Shown in pieces: positions 55,466 to 64,000 of a stretch of 64,000 nucleotides of DNA. The position numbers and the translations under genes are program-made. The stretch is taken from contig JBDGRE010000001.1 of NCBI GenBank assembly GCA_042218325.1, positions 68,356 through 132,355 of the forward strand, given 5' to 3'. The notes beneath the pieces were generated by a model. That model ran no database searches and was not told the DNA's origin. It was given only the letters and a program-made list of their open reading frames with translations. The stretch comes from Candidatus Nanohaloarchaea archaeon. Lineage in GTDB: Archaea; Nanohalarchaeota; Nanosalinia; Nanosalinales; Nanosalinaceae. Numbering within the stretch: position 1 is the stretch's first letter; every line of letters begins with the position of its first letter.

Positions 55466-57328
55466 ATGCAACTCGGCACGATACAGGGCGAGGTCGATAC
55501 TTCCTCTTTCACCTTCCGCGCCACCGAAGAGGTCAGGAAGTTCGACTTCGTCTCGGTGAAGAGCAACGATAAGTGGATACTTGCCCAGGTCGACGAAGTG
55601 ACCAAGCACCCGGACGGCGAGACTGTCGCGGAGGCCAACATCATCGGCTACCGCGACAAGGGGCTCACCAAGGCTCCGCGCCGCGTCATAGAGCCGGATT
55701 CCATAGTCTACTCCGCAGACCAGGAGCTGATATCCGACACTCTCGGCCTTGAGGACGCTGGCCTGGGGATCGGGAACCTCGAGACCAACCCGGATATCGA
55801 CATCCACGTGGACGGTGAGGAGTTCTACAAGCACTTCGCGGTGCTCGCCCAGACAGGCGCGGGCAAGTCATACCTGACAGGCGTTCTCATCGAGGAGCTG
55901 CTTGAGGCGGATTTCCCGCTTGTGATAATAGATCCTCACGGCGAGTACTCCTCTCTTGGAACCCCCAACCCGGAAAGAGAGGAGGGGAGCAGGGCGTATG
56001 ACATCAAGGAGTTCTCGCCGAACACCGATATCAACTCAAGTGCGTTACCGCTCTCGTTTTCCTCCGTCAACCTCGAGAAGAACGAGCTGTTGGAGATAAT
56101 ACCTGACTCATTGACGAACTCACAGATGGGTGTACTGTACAACGCGCTGAAGCGGCTGAGGGAGAAGGAAGAGGACTACAACCTTACGGACATAATGGAC
56201 GCGGTATCCCAGGAGGAGTCGACCGCCAAGTGGAACCTGCTGAACTCCCTGGAGCAGGTCGAGCAGAGCGGGCTGTTCTCGGAGAGCCCGGTCGACCTCG
56301 AGAACCTCGTAGAGCCCGGCAGGGCCACGGTCGTCAACATGAAGGCGGTTGAGCCTGAAGAGGCGGAGATAACGATGTACATGCTGGCGCAGAAACTTTT
56401 CGACCTCCGTAAACGCGATAGGGTTCCGCCGTTCCTGATGGTCATCGAGGAGGCGCATAATTTCGCGCCGGAGAAGGGCTTCTCCCAAGCCCAGTCCAAC
56501 GATATACTGCGGAAGATAGCCTCCGAGGGACGCAAGTTCGGGCTCGGTATCGGGGTCATCTCCCAGAGGCCGGCACGTATCGACAAGAACGTGCTTTCCC
56601 AGTGTAACACGCAGTTCATACTGAGGGTGACGAATCCCAACGACCTGAAGGCTATCTCGAAATCGTTCGAGGGTGTGACCTCCGAGGTGGAGGACATGAT
56701 AAAGTCGCTGCCGCCCGGTGTCGCGTTCGTGCTCGGCAAGGACTACCCTGTCATGACTGATGTCCGCACCCGTAGATCAAAGCACGGCGGTGAGACGGAG
56801 ACAGGTTCGAGCTACGAGAAACGTGAGTCGATAGAGGTGTTGCCGCCGAAGAAGAGCCAGCAGGAGCTGGAGGCCGAGAAAGGCGAGAAGTACTCGGCCG
56901 CTTACTACCCGCTTTACCTTCTCGAAAACGACGAGAAGCAGTTGCTGGTGGACGGCACATCCGGGGAGGTCAAGTCGGAACGCGCCCGGCTGTCGGGCAA
57001 GGAGAGAGAGGTTTTTGAGCTCGCCTCGCAGGGGATGTCCAAGGGCGAGATAGTGGAGGAGCTCGATGAGGGAGTGGCCAAGGTCTCCAGCCTGATGGAG
57101 AGGTTGCGCGAAAAGGGCAGACTCGGCGAGGAGGGAACAGAGGAGTCTGTTCTGGATATCGAGCCCGAGGAAGAACGGGTGCCGGAAGACGCTCTTATAG
57201 AGTACGAAGTCCCGGAGGGGGAGGCTCGCGGCATGCTGGAAGATTCCTCGCTGCGCAGGATTTACTACCCGTACTATTCGAGAGAAGAAGAGGTGTACGA
57301 CCCGATACTCCTGTCAGCACTCGACTGA
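55466..57328 (+). CDS. HerA/FtsK-like ATPase
   Basis: N-terminal HAS barrel, HFAVLAQTGAGKS, IDPHGEY, IEEAHNF, EGRKFG, SQRPA, SQCNT. Confidence 0.88.
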   Translation: MQLGTIQGEVDTSSFTFRATEEVRKFDFVSVKSNDKWILAQVDEVTKHPDGETVAEANIIGYRDKGLTKAPRRVIEPDSIVYSADQELISDTLGLEDAGLGIGNLETNPDIDIHVDGEEFYKHFAVLAQTGAGKSYLTGVLIEELLEADFPLVIIDPHGEYSSLGTPNPEREEGSRAYDIKEFSPNTDINSSALPLSFSSVNLEKNELLEIIPDSLTNSQMGVLYNALKRLREKEEDYNLTDIMDAVSQEESTAKWNLLNSLEQVEQSGLFSESPVDLENLVEPGRATVVNMKAVEPEEAEITMYMLAQKLFDLRKRDRVPPFLMVIEEAHNFAPEKGFSQAQSNDILRKIASEGRKFGLGIGVISQRPARIDKNVLSQCNTQFILRVTNPNDLKAISKSFEGVTSEVEDMIKSLPPGVAFVLGKDYPVMTDVRTRRSKHGGETETGSSYEKRESIEVLPPKKSQQELEAEKGEKYSAAYYPLYLLENDEKQLLVDGTSGEVKSERARLSGKEREVFELASQGMSKGEIVEELDEGVAKVSSLMERLREKGRLGEEGTEESVLDIEPEEERVPEDALIEYEVPEGEARGMLEDSSLRRIYYPYYSREEEVYDPILLSALD

Positions 57329-57369
57329 TGCGAATGTTTAAAGAAAATTGCCCCCGACTTTTATCCCGC

Positions 57370-57501
57370 GGGTCCGTGGTCTAGTTGGTTATGACGTCGC
57401 CCTTACAGCTGGCGCACCGCGTGCGGAGCAGCGTTACTTTGACTCACACGCGAGGCGAGTGAGTCAGGCGAAGATCCCCAGTTCGAATCTGGGCGGACCC
57501 A
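57370..57501 (+). tRNA. tRNA-Val(TAC) with 58-nt intron (57408-57465) at 37/38
   Basis: TCGCC-CT-TAC-A|intron|A-GGCGA; BHB helix CTTA/TGAG; T arm CCCAG-TTCGAAT-CTGGG. Confidence 0.9.
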
Positions 57502-57638
57502 TCTCCCAGCAGGGAGGCTGGTCGAAGCAGGAGAACCGACCTCTTGACCGCACCTGGACTTGTTGTCACCAGTAAGTACTTAAATATCGAGAGGTAAATC
57601 TGTACCATAAATTAAAACCCTGCCGAGGAAAGTCATCT

Positions 57639-57986
57639 ATGCCCGAGCTCAAACAGGCCCTGATAGTGAGAGAGGATCTTGAGATGTCGACAGGAAAGAT
57701 GATAGCCCAGGCCTGCCACGCGTCGCTCGGGGCCTACAGGAAGGCCGACGAGGGAGAAAGAGATAGGTGGGAGGAGCAGGGTATGAAGAAGATAGTGCTT
57801 TCGCCCGGCGACCGGGAACTGAAAGAGATACTTGAGCAGGCGAAGAGGAACGGTTTGCCCGCGTACATGGTGAAGGACGCGGGCCTGACCGAGCTCAAAC
57901 CAGGTACCGCTACGGCCGTGGGCATCGGGCCGGCAGGGGAAGACAAAATCGATGCCGTTACAGGGGAGCTGGAGCTGATAGGGTAG
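57639..57986 (+). CDS. pth2: Peptidyl-tRNA hydrolase Pth2
   Basis: KQALIVREDLEM..GKMIAQACHA, DAGLTE..PGT.TAVGIGP. Confidence 0.95.
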   Translation: MPELKQALIVREDLEMSTGKMIAQACHASLGAYRKADEGERDRWEEQGMKKIVLSPGDRELKEILEQAKRNGLPAYMVKDAGLTELKPGTATAVGIGPAGEDKIDAVTGELELIG

Positions 57987-57992
57987 ATAATC

Positions 57993-59150
57993 ATGAACAT
58001 CGAAGAGATACCAGAGTGGAACTACTACTCGGACGCGCCCGGGATAAAGGGCGAGATAAAGGAGCAGGTAAGCGACTTCATAGTGACAGAACTCGCCTCT
58101 CACGACACTGGTGAAGGCGACCATCTCGTGGTCAAGCTCAGGAAGCAGAACATGACTACCATGGAGGCCATAGACACGCTCTCCAACATCCTACACATAT
58201 CGAAGGACCGCGTCGGCTACGCGGGTAACAAGGATAAGAGAGCGGTTACCGAGCAGTACATCTCCATCGAGGGTGTGACCGAGGAGGATATCAACCAGGT
58301 GTTCACGGATGAATTCGACCTTGAAGTGGTCGGCAGAAACGGGCACATAGGACTCGGGGACCTGGACGCGAACAGGTTCGAGATAGCGGTCAGGAACCTG
58401 AATCTGCCGATAGAGGACACCAGGAACCGCACGCTGAAGATAGTCGACGAGCTGGATAGCAAGTTCTCGAACTACTTCGGCCAGCAGCGGTTCGGCTCGG
58501 CCCGTCCCATAACCCACCAGGTCGGCCGCCATATCCTGAAAGGCAATTTCGAGGAGGCGGTCTGGACCTATATCGCCAAGCCCTACGACGAGGAGTACAA
58601 GTCCATCCGGAAGGTACGGGAGGAACTGTGGGAGACCCGCCAGGTCGAGGACATGGCGGAGAAGTTCCCGAAACATTACCGCTACGAGAAGGCACTGTTG
58701 TACCACCTGACCAAGAACGAGGGCGACTACAAGGGCGCGATCAAGCGGCTGCCCGAAGATCTCCAGAGACTTTTCGTCCACGCCTACCAGTCATGGATAT
58801 TCAACCGCGTCCTCTCAGAGCTGATAGAGGACGGCTGGTACGACGAGGAATACGAGATCCCGCTGGTGGGCTACAAGACCGAGCTCAGGGACAACAGGCC
58901 TGACAACATGGTCGAGGAGATACTTGAGGAAGAAGGAGTTTCGCAGGAGGATTTCCGGCTGCAGGACTTCCCGGAGCTGCGGAGCGAGGGCTCCTACAGG
59001 CGGGCGTTCGCAGATTTCAGGAACTTCGAGATACTGGAGATAGAGGACGACGACCTCAATATGGCGAAGAACATGATGAAAGTCAAGTTCGACCTGCCGA
59101 AGGGTGCCTACGCGACGGTGCTCCTCAGGGAAATCATGAAGAGCGGCTGA
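57993..59150 (+). CDS. truD: tRNA pseudouridine(13) synthase TruD
   Basis: DFIVTE, GYAGNKDKRAVTEQ, NYFGQQRFG, AYQSWIFN, LPKGAYATVLLREI. Confidence 0.95.
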   Translation: MNIEEIPEWNYYSDAPGIKGEIKEQVSDFIVTELASHDTGEGDHLVVKLRKQNMTTMEAIDTLSNILHISKDRVGYAGNKDKRAVTEQYISIEGVTEEDINQVFTDEFDLEVVGRNGHIGLGDLDANRFEIAVRNLNLPIEDTRNRTLKIVDELDSKFSNYFGQQRFGSARPITHQVGRHILKGNFEEAVWTYIAKPYDEEYKSIRKVREELWETRQVEDMAEKFPKHYRYEKALLYHLTKNEGDYKGAIKRLPEDLQRLFVHAYQSWIFNRVLSELIEDGWYDEEYEIPLVGYKTELRDNRPDNMVEEILEEEGVSQEDFRLQDFPELRSEGSYRRAFADFRNFEILEIEDDDLNMAKNMMKVKFDLPKGAYATVLLREIMKSG

Positions 59151-59196
59151 TGATTCTTAAAGTTCCGGCAGGAGAAGGTTTCCCAAGGGCCGAAAA

Positions 59197-60462
59197 ATGA
59201 TAGAGTTAGTTATTCTCGCCGTCTACGGGCTCGTGCTTTACACGTCGGCCTTCCTTTTCCTGACACTTATCGAGTCGGACACGGTGAAATCCGAGGTCGA
59301 AGAGCCGGATGAGTGGCCCTCTCTTACCGTCGCGATACCGGCCTACAACGAGGAGGACACTCTTGCCAAGACCATCGACTCTGTTCTTGCGGCTGACTAC
59401 CCCCGGGAAGAACTCCAGGTCATAGTGGTTGACGACGGCAGCTCCGACAGCACGCGGGAGATCGGGGAAAGGTACCAGGAAGAGGGCAAGATAAACTTCA
59501 TACACCAGGAGAACCGCGGTAAAGGCGGCGCGCTCAACACTGCGCTTGAGGCCTGCGACACGGAGCTGTTCGCGTGTGTGGACGCTGATTCCAGCCTCCG
59601 GGAGCACAGCCTCAAGAACGTGGTATCGCGCATGGACGGGGAGACCGCCGCAGTCGCCTCCGCGATGAAAGTGGAGGAGCCGGAGAGCATGCTGCAGAAG
59701 ATACAGATGGTCGAGTACATAGTCAACGTCTTCTCGAGGAAGCTGTTCCAGATGATAGACTCCATCCACGTCACCCCTGGACCCCTGAGCGTATACCGCA
59801 GGGAGGCCATAGAGAGTATCGGCGGTTTCGACGAGGACTCCCGCGTGGAAGACCAGGAGATATGCTTCAGGCTCCAGAAGCAGCACGAGAAGCTCAAGAC
59901 CGCCCGGGACGGCGAGGTCTATACTGTTTCGCCGGATAACTTCCGCGATTACTACCGGCAGAGACGCAGGTGGTACGCCGGCACGTTCGAGACGCTGATA
60001 AAACACCGCGACATGGTGTTCAACCGTGAGTACGGCGACTTCGGGATGTTCGTGATGCCCTCGAAGGTCGTCCACCCGCTGGTCTCCATCTTCGGCCTTT
60101 TCCTGATAACCTACACGATGCTAAGACCTGTCGCCAGCCTACTAATAGATGTCGCGAAACTCGGGACCGACGCGCTTGCGCTCGGCTTCGCGCTGACGCC
60201 CTCGGCTATAGCGAACGTCCTCAAGTGGCAGTTGCTGAGCGTGGACTACACCATGCTAACCGCGTTGACCGGCCTCGCGATATTCTCGGTGTCCATGGTG
60301 TACCTTGCCACGGTCCACGTAGAGGAGTCACTGAGAGACCTCGGCATCATACCGGCAATAATCTACGTCTTCTGGTTCTTCATCATAGTCGGCTTCATGT
60401 CCCTCGTATCTATAATAGTGGTCGCGAGGAATTACCTGACGGGCAGTGAGCTCACATGGTAA
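59197..60462 (+). CDS. Processive GT2 glycosyltransferase (cellulose synthase/PgaC-like)
   Basis: IPAYNEE, DDGS, GKGGALN, DAD, VED, QRRRW, C-terminal TM helices. Confidence 0.88.
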   Translation: MIELVILAVYGLVLYTSAFLFLTLIESDTVKSEVEEPDEWPSLTVAIPAYNEEDTLAKTIDSVLAADYPREELQVIVVDDGSSDSTREIGERYQEEGKINFIHQENRGKGGALNTALEACDTELFACVDADSSLREHSLKNVVSRMDGETAAVASAMKVEEPESMLQKIQMVEYIVNVFSRKLFQMIDSIHVTPGPLSVYRREAIESIGGFDEDSRVEDQEICFRLQKQHEKLKTARDGEVYTVSPDNFRDYYRQRRRWYAGTFETLIKHRDMVFNREYGDFGMFVMPSKVVHPLVSIFGLFLITYTMLRPVASLLIDVAKLGTDALALGFALTPSAIANVLKWQLLSVDYTMLTALTGLAIFSVSMVYLATVHVEESLRDLGIIPAIIYVFWFFIIVGFMSLVSIIVVARNYLTGSELTW

Positions 60463-61847
60463 GCCTTGAAGATACAGGACTCGTTGACCGGCTCGCGGTC
60501 ACGCTTATAGCGGTTTTCGCCGTGGGACAGCTCGCAGTCCTTACGGAGGCGTGGAGCAAACCGTTGCTCTGGGACTCTTCCGTCTACCTGGCGATGGGCA
60601 AGTGGCTGTTCTCGCTCGGCGATTACGGCTTCTGGGAGAACTTCCGCCCCCCCGTACTGCCCCTATTGACCGGGCTCTGGTGGAAGGCAGGCCTGCCGTT
60701 CGAGAGCCTGAGACTGCTCTCGACAGGTATCGCCACCGCAGGACTTGCAGCCGTCTACCGGATGTCGGGAAGGCTGTTCGGGAAGACAGAGGCCCTGTTC
60801 GCAACAGGTATACTGGCGGCAAGCCACACGTACTTTTTCTTCTCTCTCAATCCCCTGACAGGTATCCTCGCCTCTATACTCGTGTTCGCCGGCCTGTACC
60901 TCGTCGAGGCACAGCGTTACACCTTCGCCGGGGTCGTCCTCTCGGTGGCGTTCCTGACCCGTTTCCCGGCCGCCATAGCCGGGCCTGCGGCAGTGCTCTA
61001 CATCGTCCTGGAAGGTTATTCCGAGGGCGAACTCCGGGAAGCCGTCGAGAACTCGGCCCGGCTGACCGCTGGCTTCTTTACGGTCGACGCGGCCTACCTC
61101 GCGGTGCAGTACTGGTTCTTCGGCAGCATGCTGTCCCCGTTCCTCAGGAGCGCCTCTATAACTGCTGGCGCCGGCAGCAAATACCTCTACGGCCTTGCTT
61201 ACTTCGTGAAGATGGTGAAGGCCGGGCCACTGATGGCCCTCATACCTCTCGGGATATACGCCGTTTTGAGAGGCAGGAAGTGGAAGTACGGCGGTTTTCT
61301 CGTGTCCCTGCTGCTTTTCTACGGTTTCTTCACTCTGTTCCCGCTGAAGATAGCGAGGTACACCCTCCTTTTCCTCCCTCTTGCGTCGCTTTTCGCGGGA
61401 CACGCCGCAGCCAGTATGATGGATAGAGTGGAGCTGGACCGTTCGCTCGCGTTCAGGGCAGCTGTACTGTTGCTGGCAGGTCTCGTGGCATGGAACGCCT
61501 TGAACGGCTACAAGGCGTACAACTGGGACGCGGTGGAACAGCAGCAGTTCTTCTCCTCGGTCTCTGGACTCGACGGCGACGTTGTGGCCTCCAACGAACC
61601 GCGTGTCAACCTGTACGGTGACTTCCGGTACCACCCGACGCCGCCCTCTGAGCTATCTGAACTTATACAGCAGCACGGCAGCGAGATAGACCACTGGGCC
61701 ATCAACGGCCGCTACTGGGACTGCCGCGGGTACCCCGACTGCGAGGAGAACATAGCGGAACTGGAGTCTTACCTCGAAAGGAACTACGTGGTGTCTTCAA
61801 AAATCTTGGCCGGTAGCCACAACTATACCATATACTCAAGGAGATGA
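60456..61847 (+). CDS. GT-C fold glycosyltransferase (ArnT/PMT-like)
   Basis: WDSSVY, RPPVLP, AFLTRF, RYTLLFLP; many TM helices. Confidence 0.8.
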   Translation: MVSLEDTGLVDRLAVTLIAVFAVGQLAVLTEAWSKPLLWDSSVYLAMGKWLFSLGDYGFWENFRPPVLPLLTGLWWKAGLPFESLRLLSTGIATAGLAAVYRMSGRLFGKTEALFATGILAASHTYFFFSLNPLTGILASILVFAGLYLVEAQRYTFAGVVLSVAFLTRFPAAIAGPAAVLYIVLEGYSEGELREAVENSARLTAGFFTVDAAYLAVQYWFFGSMLSPFLRSASITAGAGSKYLYGLAYFVKMVKAGPLMALIPLGIYAVLRGRKWKYGGFLVSLLLFYGFFTLFPLKIARYTLLFLPLASLFAGHAAASMMDRVELDRSLAFRAAVLLLAGLVAWNALNGYKAYNWDAVEQQQFFSSVSGLDGDVVASNEPRVNLYGDFRYHPTPPSELSELIQQHGSEIDHWAINGRYWDCRGYPDCEENIAELESYLERNYVVSSKILAGSHNYTIYSRR

Positions 61848-61851
61848 GCAG

Positions 61852-62523
61852 ATGAGAGAGATACAGAGATACCGGTACCTCGTCGCGGCGCTCCTGACTG
61901 TCATAATGTTCACGATGGGCGTTCTCGTGAGCAACTTCGTCGACGACGCACGAACCAGCTCGTTGCATAGCGAGATACAGCAGGACCTCGTGGAGATAGA
62001 GAGCAAGCAGCTGCAGCTGACCTACCTGAAGTCGGGAGAGGTACAGTCGTGCGACGTGCTGAAGGCCGGGCTGAACAACATAGTAAGCGGCTACAACAGG
62101 AGGCTGGGCAACCTGCAGCAGTACAAAGAGGAGAGCGTCCTGCAGGAGCAAAGGTTCAAGACCATAAGGGACAGGTACATCCTCTCGGGTATCCGTTACT
62201 GGATGTTCGCCCAGGATCTCCGGCAGCGCTGCGACTACAGCCCCGATACGGTGCTATTCTTCGCCAACAGTCTCGACCAGAACGACAGCGAACAGAACCA
62301 GAGGCAGGCCCGGCAGCTGACACTCCTGAAAAAAGAGAGGAGGTCCCAGATCCTGATATTCACCATCCCCCGCAACATGGAGGACGGCATGGTCAAGATC
62401 CTTGAGAGACAGTACAACGTCACAGAATCTCCCACCCTGGTGCTGAATGGCGAGGAGAAGCTGGTCGGCTACCACTCCAGGAGCGAAATCCGCGAGCACC
62501 TTGACAACAGGACGGGCGGATGA
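61852..62523 (+). CDS. Hypothetical membrane-anchored protein, thioredoxin-like C-terminus
   Basis: TM helix, coiled coil, YNVTESPTLVLNG. Confidence 0.6.
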   Translation: MREIQRYRYLVAALLTVIMFTMGVLVSNFVDDARTSSLHSEIQQDLVEIESKQLQLTYLKSGEVQSCDVLKAGLNNIVSGYNRRLGNLQQYKEESVLQEQRFKTIRDRYILSGIRYWMFAQDLRQRCDYSPDTVLFFANSLDQNDSEQNQRQARQLTLLKKERRSQILIFTIPRNMEDGMVKILERQYNVTESPTLVLNGEEKLVGYHSRSEIREHLDNRTGG

Positions 62524-62795
62524 ACGACATCCACTTACTCCTTATAGTGGCTGTGGCGGGCTTATCAGTTGGGTTCGCGGCCTTCTACCTCTCGCAGCAG
62601 AAAGGCTACTGCCAGCAGGTCGAGGAAGAGATAAGGGCGAACCAGTCGTTCAACGGCACCATCGCATGCTATCCGCCCGGCAAGGTCGATGTCAACGTCA
62701 GCGACGCTATCGAGAACCGGACGGAACTGAGATGCGTCTGCGAGAAGAGCTACATGGGCCGGACCCAGATATTTACAATAAACGTCGCCCGCTAG
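62520..62795 (+). CDS. Hypothetical membrane-anchored Cys-containing protein
   Basis: ATGA overlap with upstream gene; TM helix; four Cys. Confidence 0.6.
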   Translation: MNDIHLLLIVAVAGLSVGFAAFYLSQQKGYCQQVEEEIRANQSFNGTIACYPPGKVDVNVSDAIENRTELRCVCEKSYMGRTQIFTINVAR

Positions 62796-63679
62796 GCACG
62801 GTAGTTCCTTGATATCGAGAGCCTGTTGCTCCGACCCTCTTTCTCCTTCTTGACGACTTCTTTTTCCACCAGCCCCGACACTATACCCGATATCTTGGCC
62901 TTCGAGTAATCCATGGACGCCACGACATCCTTCTGGAGCATGCTGCCCTCGTTCTCCCGGAGAAGATCGAGGACCTGCTTCTCGTCCCTGTCGAGCTCGT
63001 CGTAGACGTTCTCTATATCCTCCATCTGCAGCCTGCGGTAACCGTAGTAGGCCGCGAGCGCGAGTAAAGCCGCCAGAACAGCCATGGCTGCTATCTGTGC
63101 AGGGGAGATACTGGAGGAGTAGTCCTGGTACAGTACCTGGAAGTTCAGGGTCTCACCGAGCTCCGGCTGTTTCTCCCACTCCACGAATATCCTCCTGCCG
63201 TTGCTTCCGGTTTCGGCTCCTGGCGGTGATATTACCGGGCTGGAGACGTTCCTGTCCTCCAGCAGGCCCGCGCCTTTCGGGAGCACTACGCGCAGTCTGT
63301 ACTCCTCCGTCGGCCTGTAAAAATTCTGGCTGTACCTGAAAATCGTTGTGCGCTGCCGTGTGCTCAGGAGCTCGCTGGCCTGGAATTCGAGGTCGACGGT
63401 GAAGTTCGCTCTTCTCTGCGGGTCACACTGTATCTCCGAGCCGACCTGCAGTGGCGTGACATCGCAGGGTATGCTGGTACCGTTCACCTCGGCCTCGACG
63501 TCTCTGACAGGATAGTTGGTCAGGTAGCTTAGTCTCTCCGAGGTGAGCTCTCCTACCTGCAGCTCTACCTCTACCTCGCTGGTGGCGAGATCTATCCGCA
63601 CTTCCTCGCTCTCTATAGTCGTCGCGGCGGCCGACGCTACGAAGAAAATGGTGAAACACGCCGCTATGAACTTTCTCAT
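62792..63679 (-). CDS. Membrane-anchored protein with C-terminal winged HTH
   Basis: Signal peptide, extracellular domain, TM helix, LDRDEKQVL...QKDVV...SKAKIS...GRSN. Confidence 0.8.
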   Translation of the reverse strand: MRKFIAACFTIFFVASAAATTIESEEVRIDLATSEVEVELQVGELTSERLSYLTNYPVRDVEAEVNGTSIPCDVTPLQVGSEIQCDPQRRANFTVDLEFQASELLSTRQRTTIFRYSQNFYRPTEEYRLRVVLPKGAGLLEDRNVSSPVISPPGAETGSNGRRIFVEWEKQPELGETLNFQVLYQDYSSSISPAQIAAMAVLAALLALAAYYGYRRLQMEDIENVYDELDRDEKQVLDLLRENEGSMLQKDVVASMDYSKAKISGIVSGLVEKEVVKKEKEGRSNRLSISRNYRA

Positions 63680-63711
63680 GTGTGTATTCCCGTCTCGGAG
63701 TGTTAAATACA

Positions 63712-64000
63712 TTATTCGCCGGACTTCGATATCAGCACTCCACCGGGCCCCATCTGGGCGTACTGGTGCATCGTGTTGGCGACGTTCTGGAGAGAGTCCT
63801 GCATCTCGCGCATCGACATCTCGTATTTCTCGGGGCCCTCTATCTGGACGTAGGTCGGGCCGTAGTTGATGACCGTCTCGACAGTGCGGTCGAACCCTTC
63901 CACCTCTACCCTTATCTCTGCCACCTGGGAGAAACCCTTGTCGAGGCCTGGATGGGGGTCCTTGACCTCCGAGACATCGTCTATCTCGGATTCGACTATA
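63712..64000 (-). CDS. Hypothetical protein, 5' truncated by window
   Basis: Acidic frame open to the window edge. Confidence 0.55.
   Translation of the reverse strand, partial: IVESEIDDVSEVKDPHPGLDKGFSQVAEIRVEVEGFDRTVETVINYGPTYVQIEGPEKYEMSMREMQDSLQNVANTMHQYAQMGPGGVLISKSGE

Noticed and set aside
1-64000. CRISPR arrays, transposases, integrases, rRNA
   Set aside because: No regularly spaced repeats or matching protein or RNA motifs seen

Overview
GC-rich archaeal chromosome segment with a strongly acidic proteome and compact gene order, most consistent with a nanohaloarchaeon (DPANN); this assignment is inference. It is mostly housekeeping: rqcH, scpB-scpA-smc, aspS/glyS/trpS/pheS/pheT, a broken L3-L4-L23-L2-S19-L22-S3 operon running into eS31-kae1, a t6A cluster with two Kef antiporters, rtcB with an intein plus archease, endA, rnhB, pgk, ndk, herA-like ATPase, pth2, truD and glycosyltransferases. 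There are five tRNAs (three with BHB introns) and a C/D-box sRNA. Best candidate for an undescribed system: short leader ORFs upstream of glyS, trpS and pheS share the cassette (A/C)A(A/G)-GGT-GGA-NNT-TTT followed by a codon for the synthetase's own amino acid (GGA, TGG, TTC). In each case the +1 frame after TTT is open and ends at the synthetase start: an ATGA overlap for glyS, a GTGA overlap for pheS, and a 10-codon relay ORF for trpS. This looks like a prfB-style, hungry-codon +1 frameshift sensor that couples aminoacyl-tRNA synthetase translation to cognate charged-tRNA shortage. A second theme is hairpin-rich mini-ORF bridges between operon genes and a GAAA...TTTC hairpin repeat family at start codons and tRNA ends. 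All calls were made by eye without database searches.
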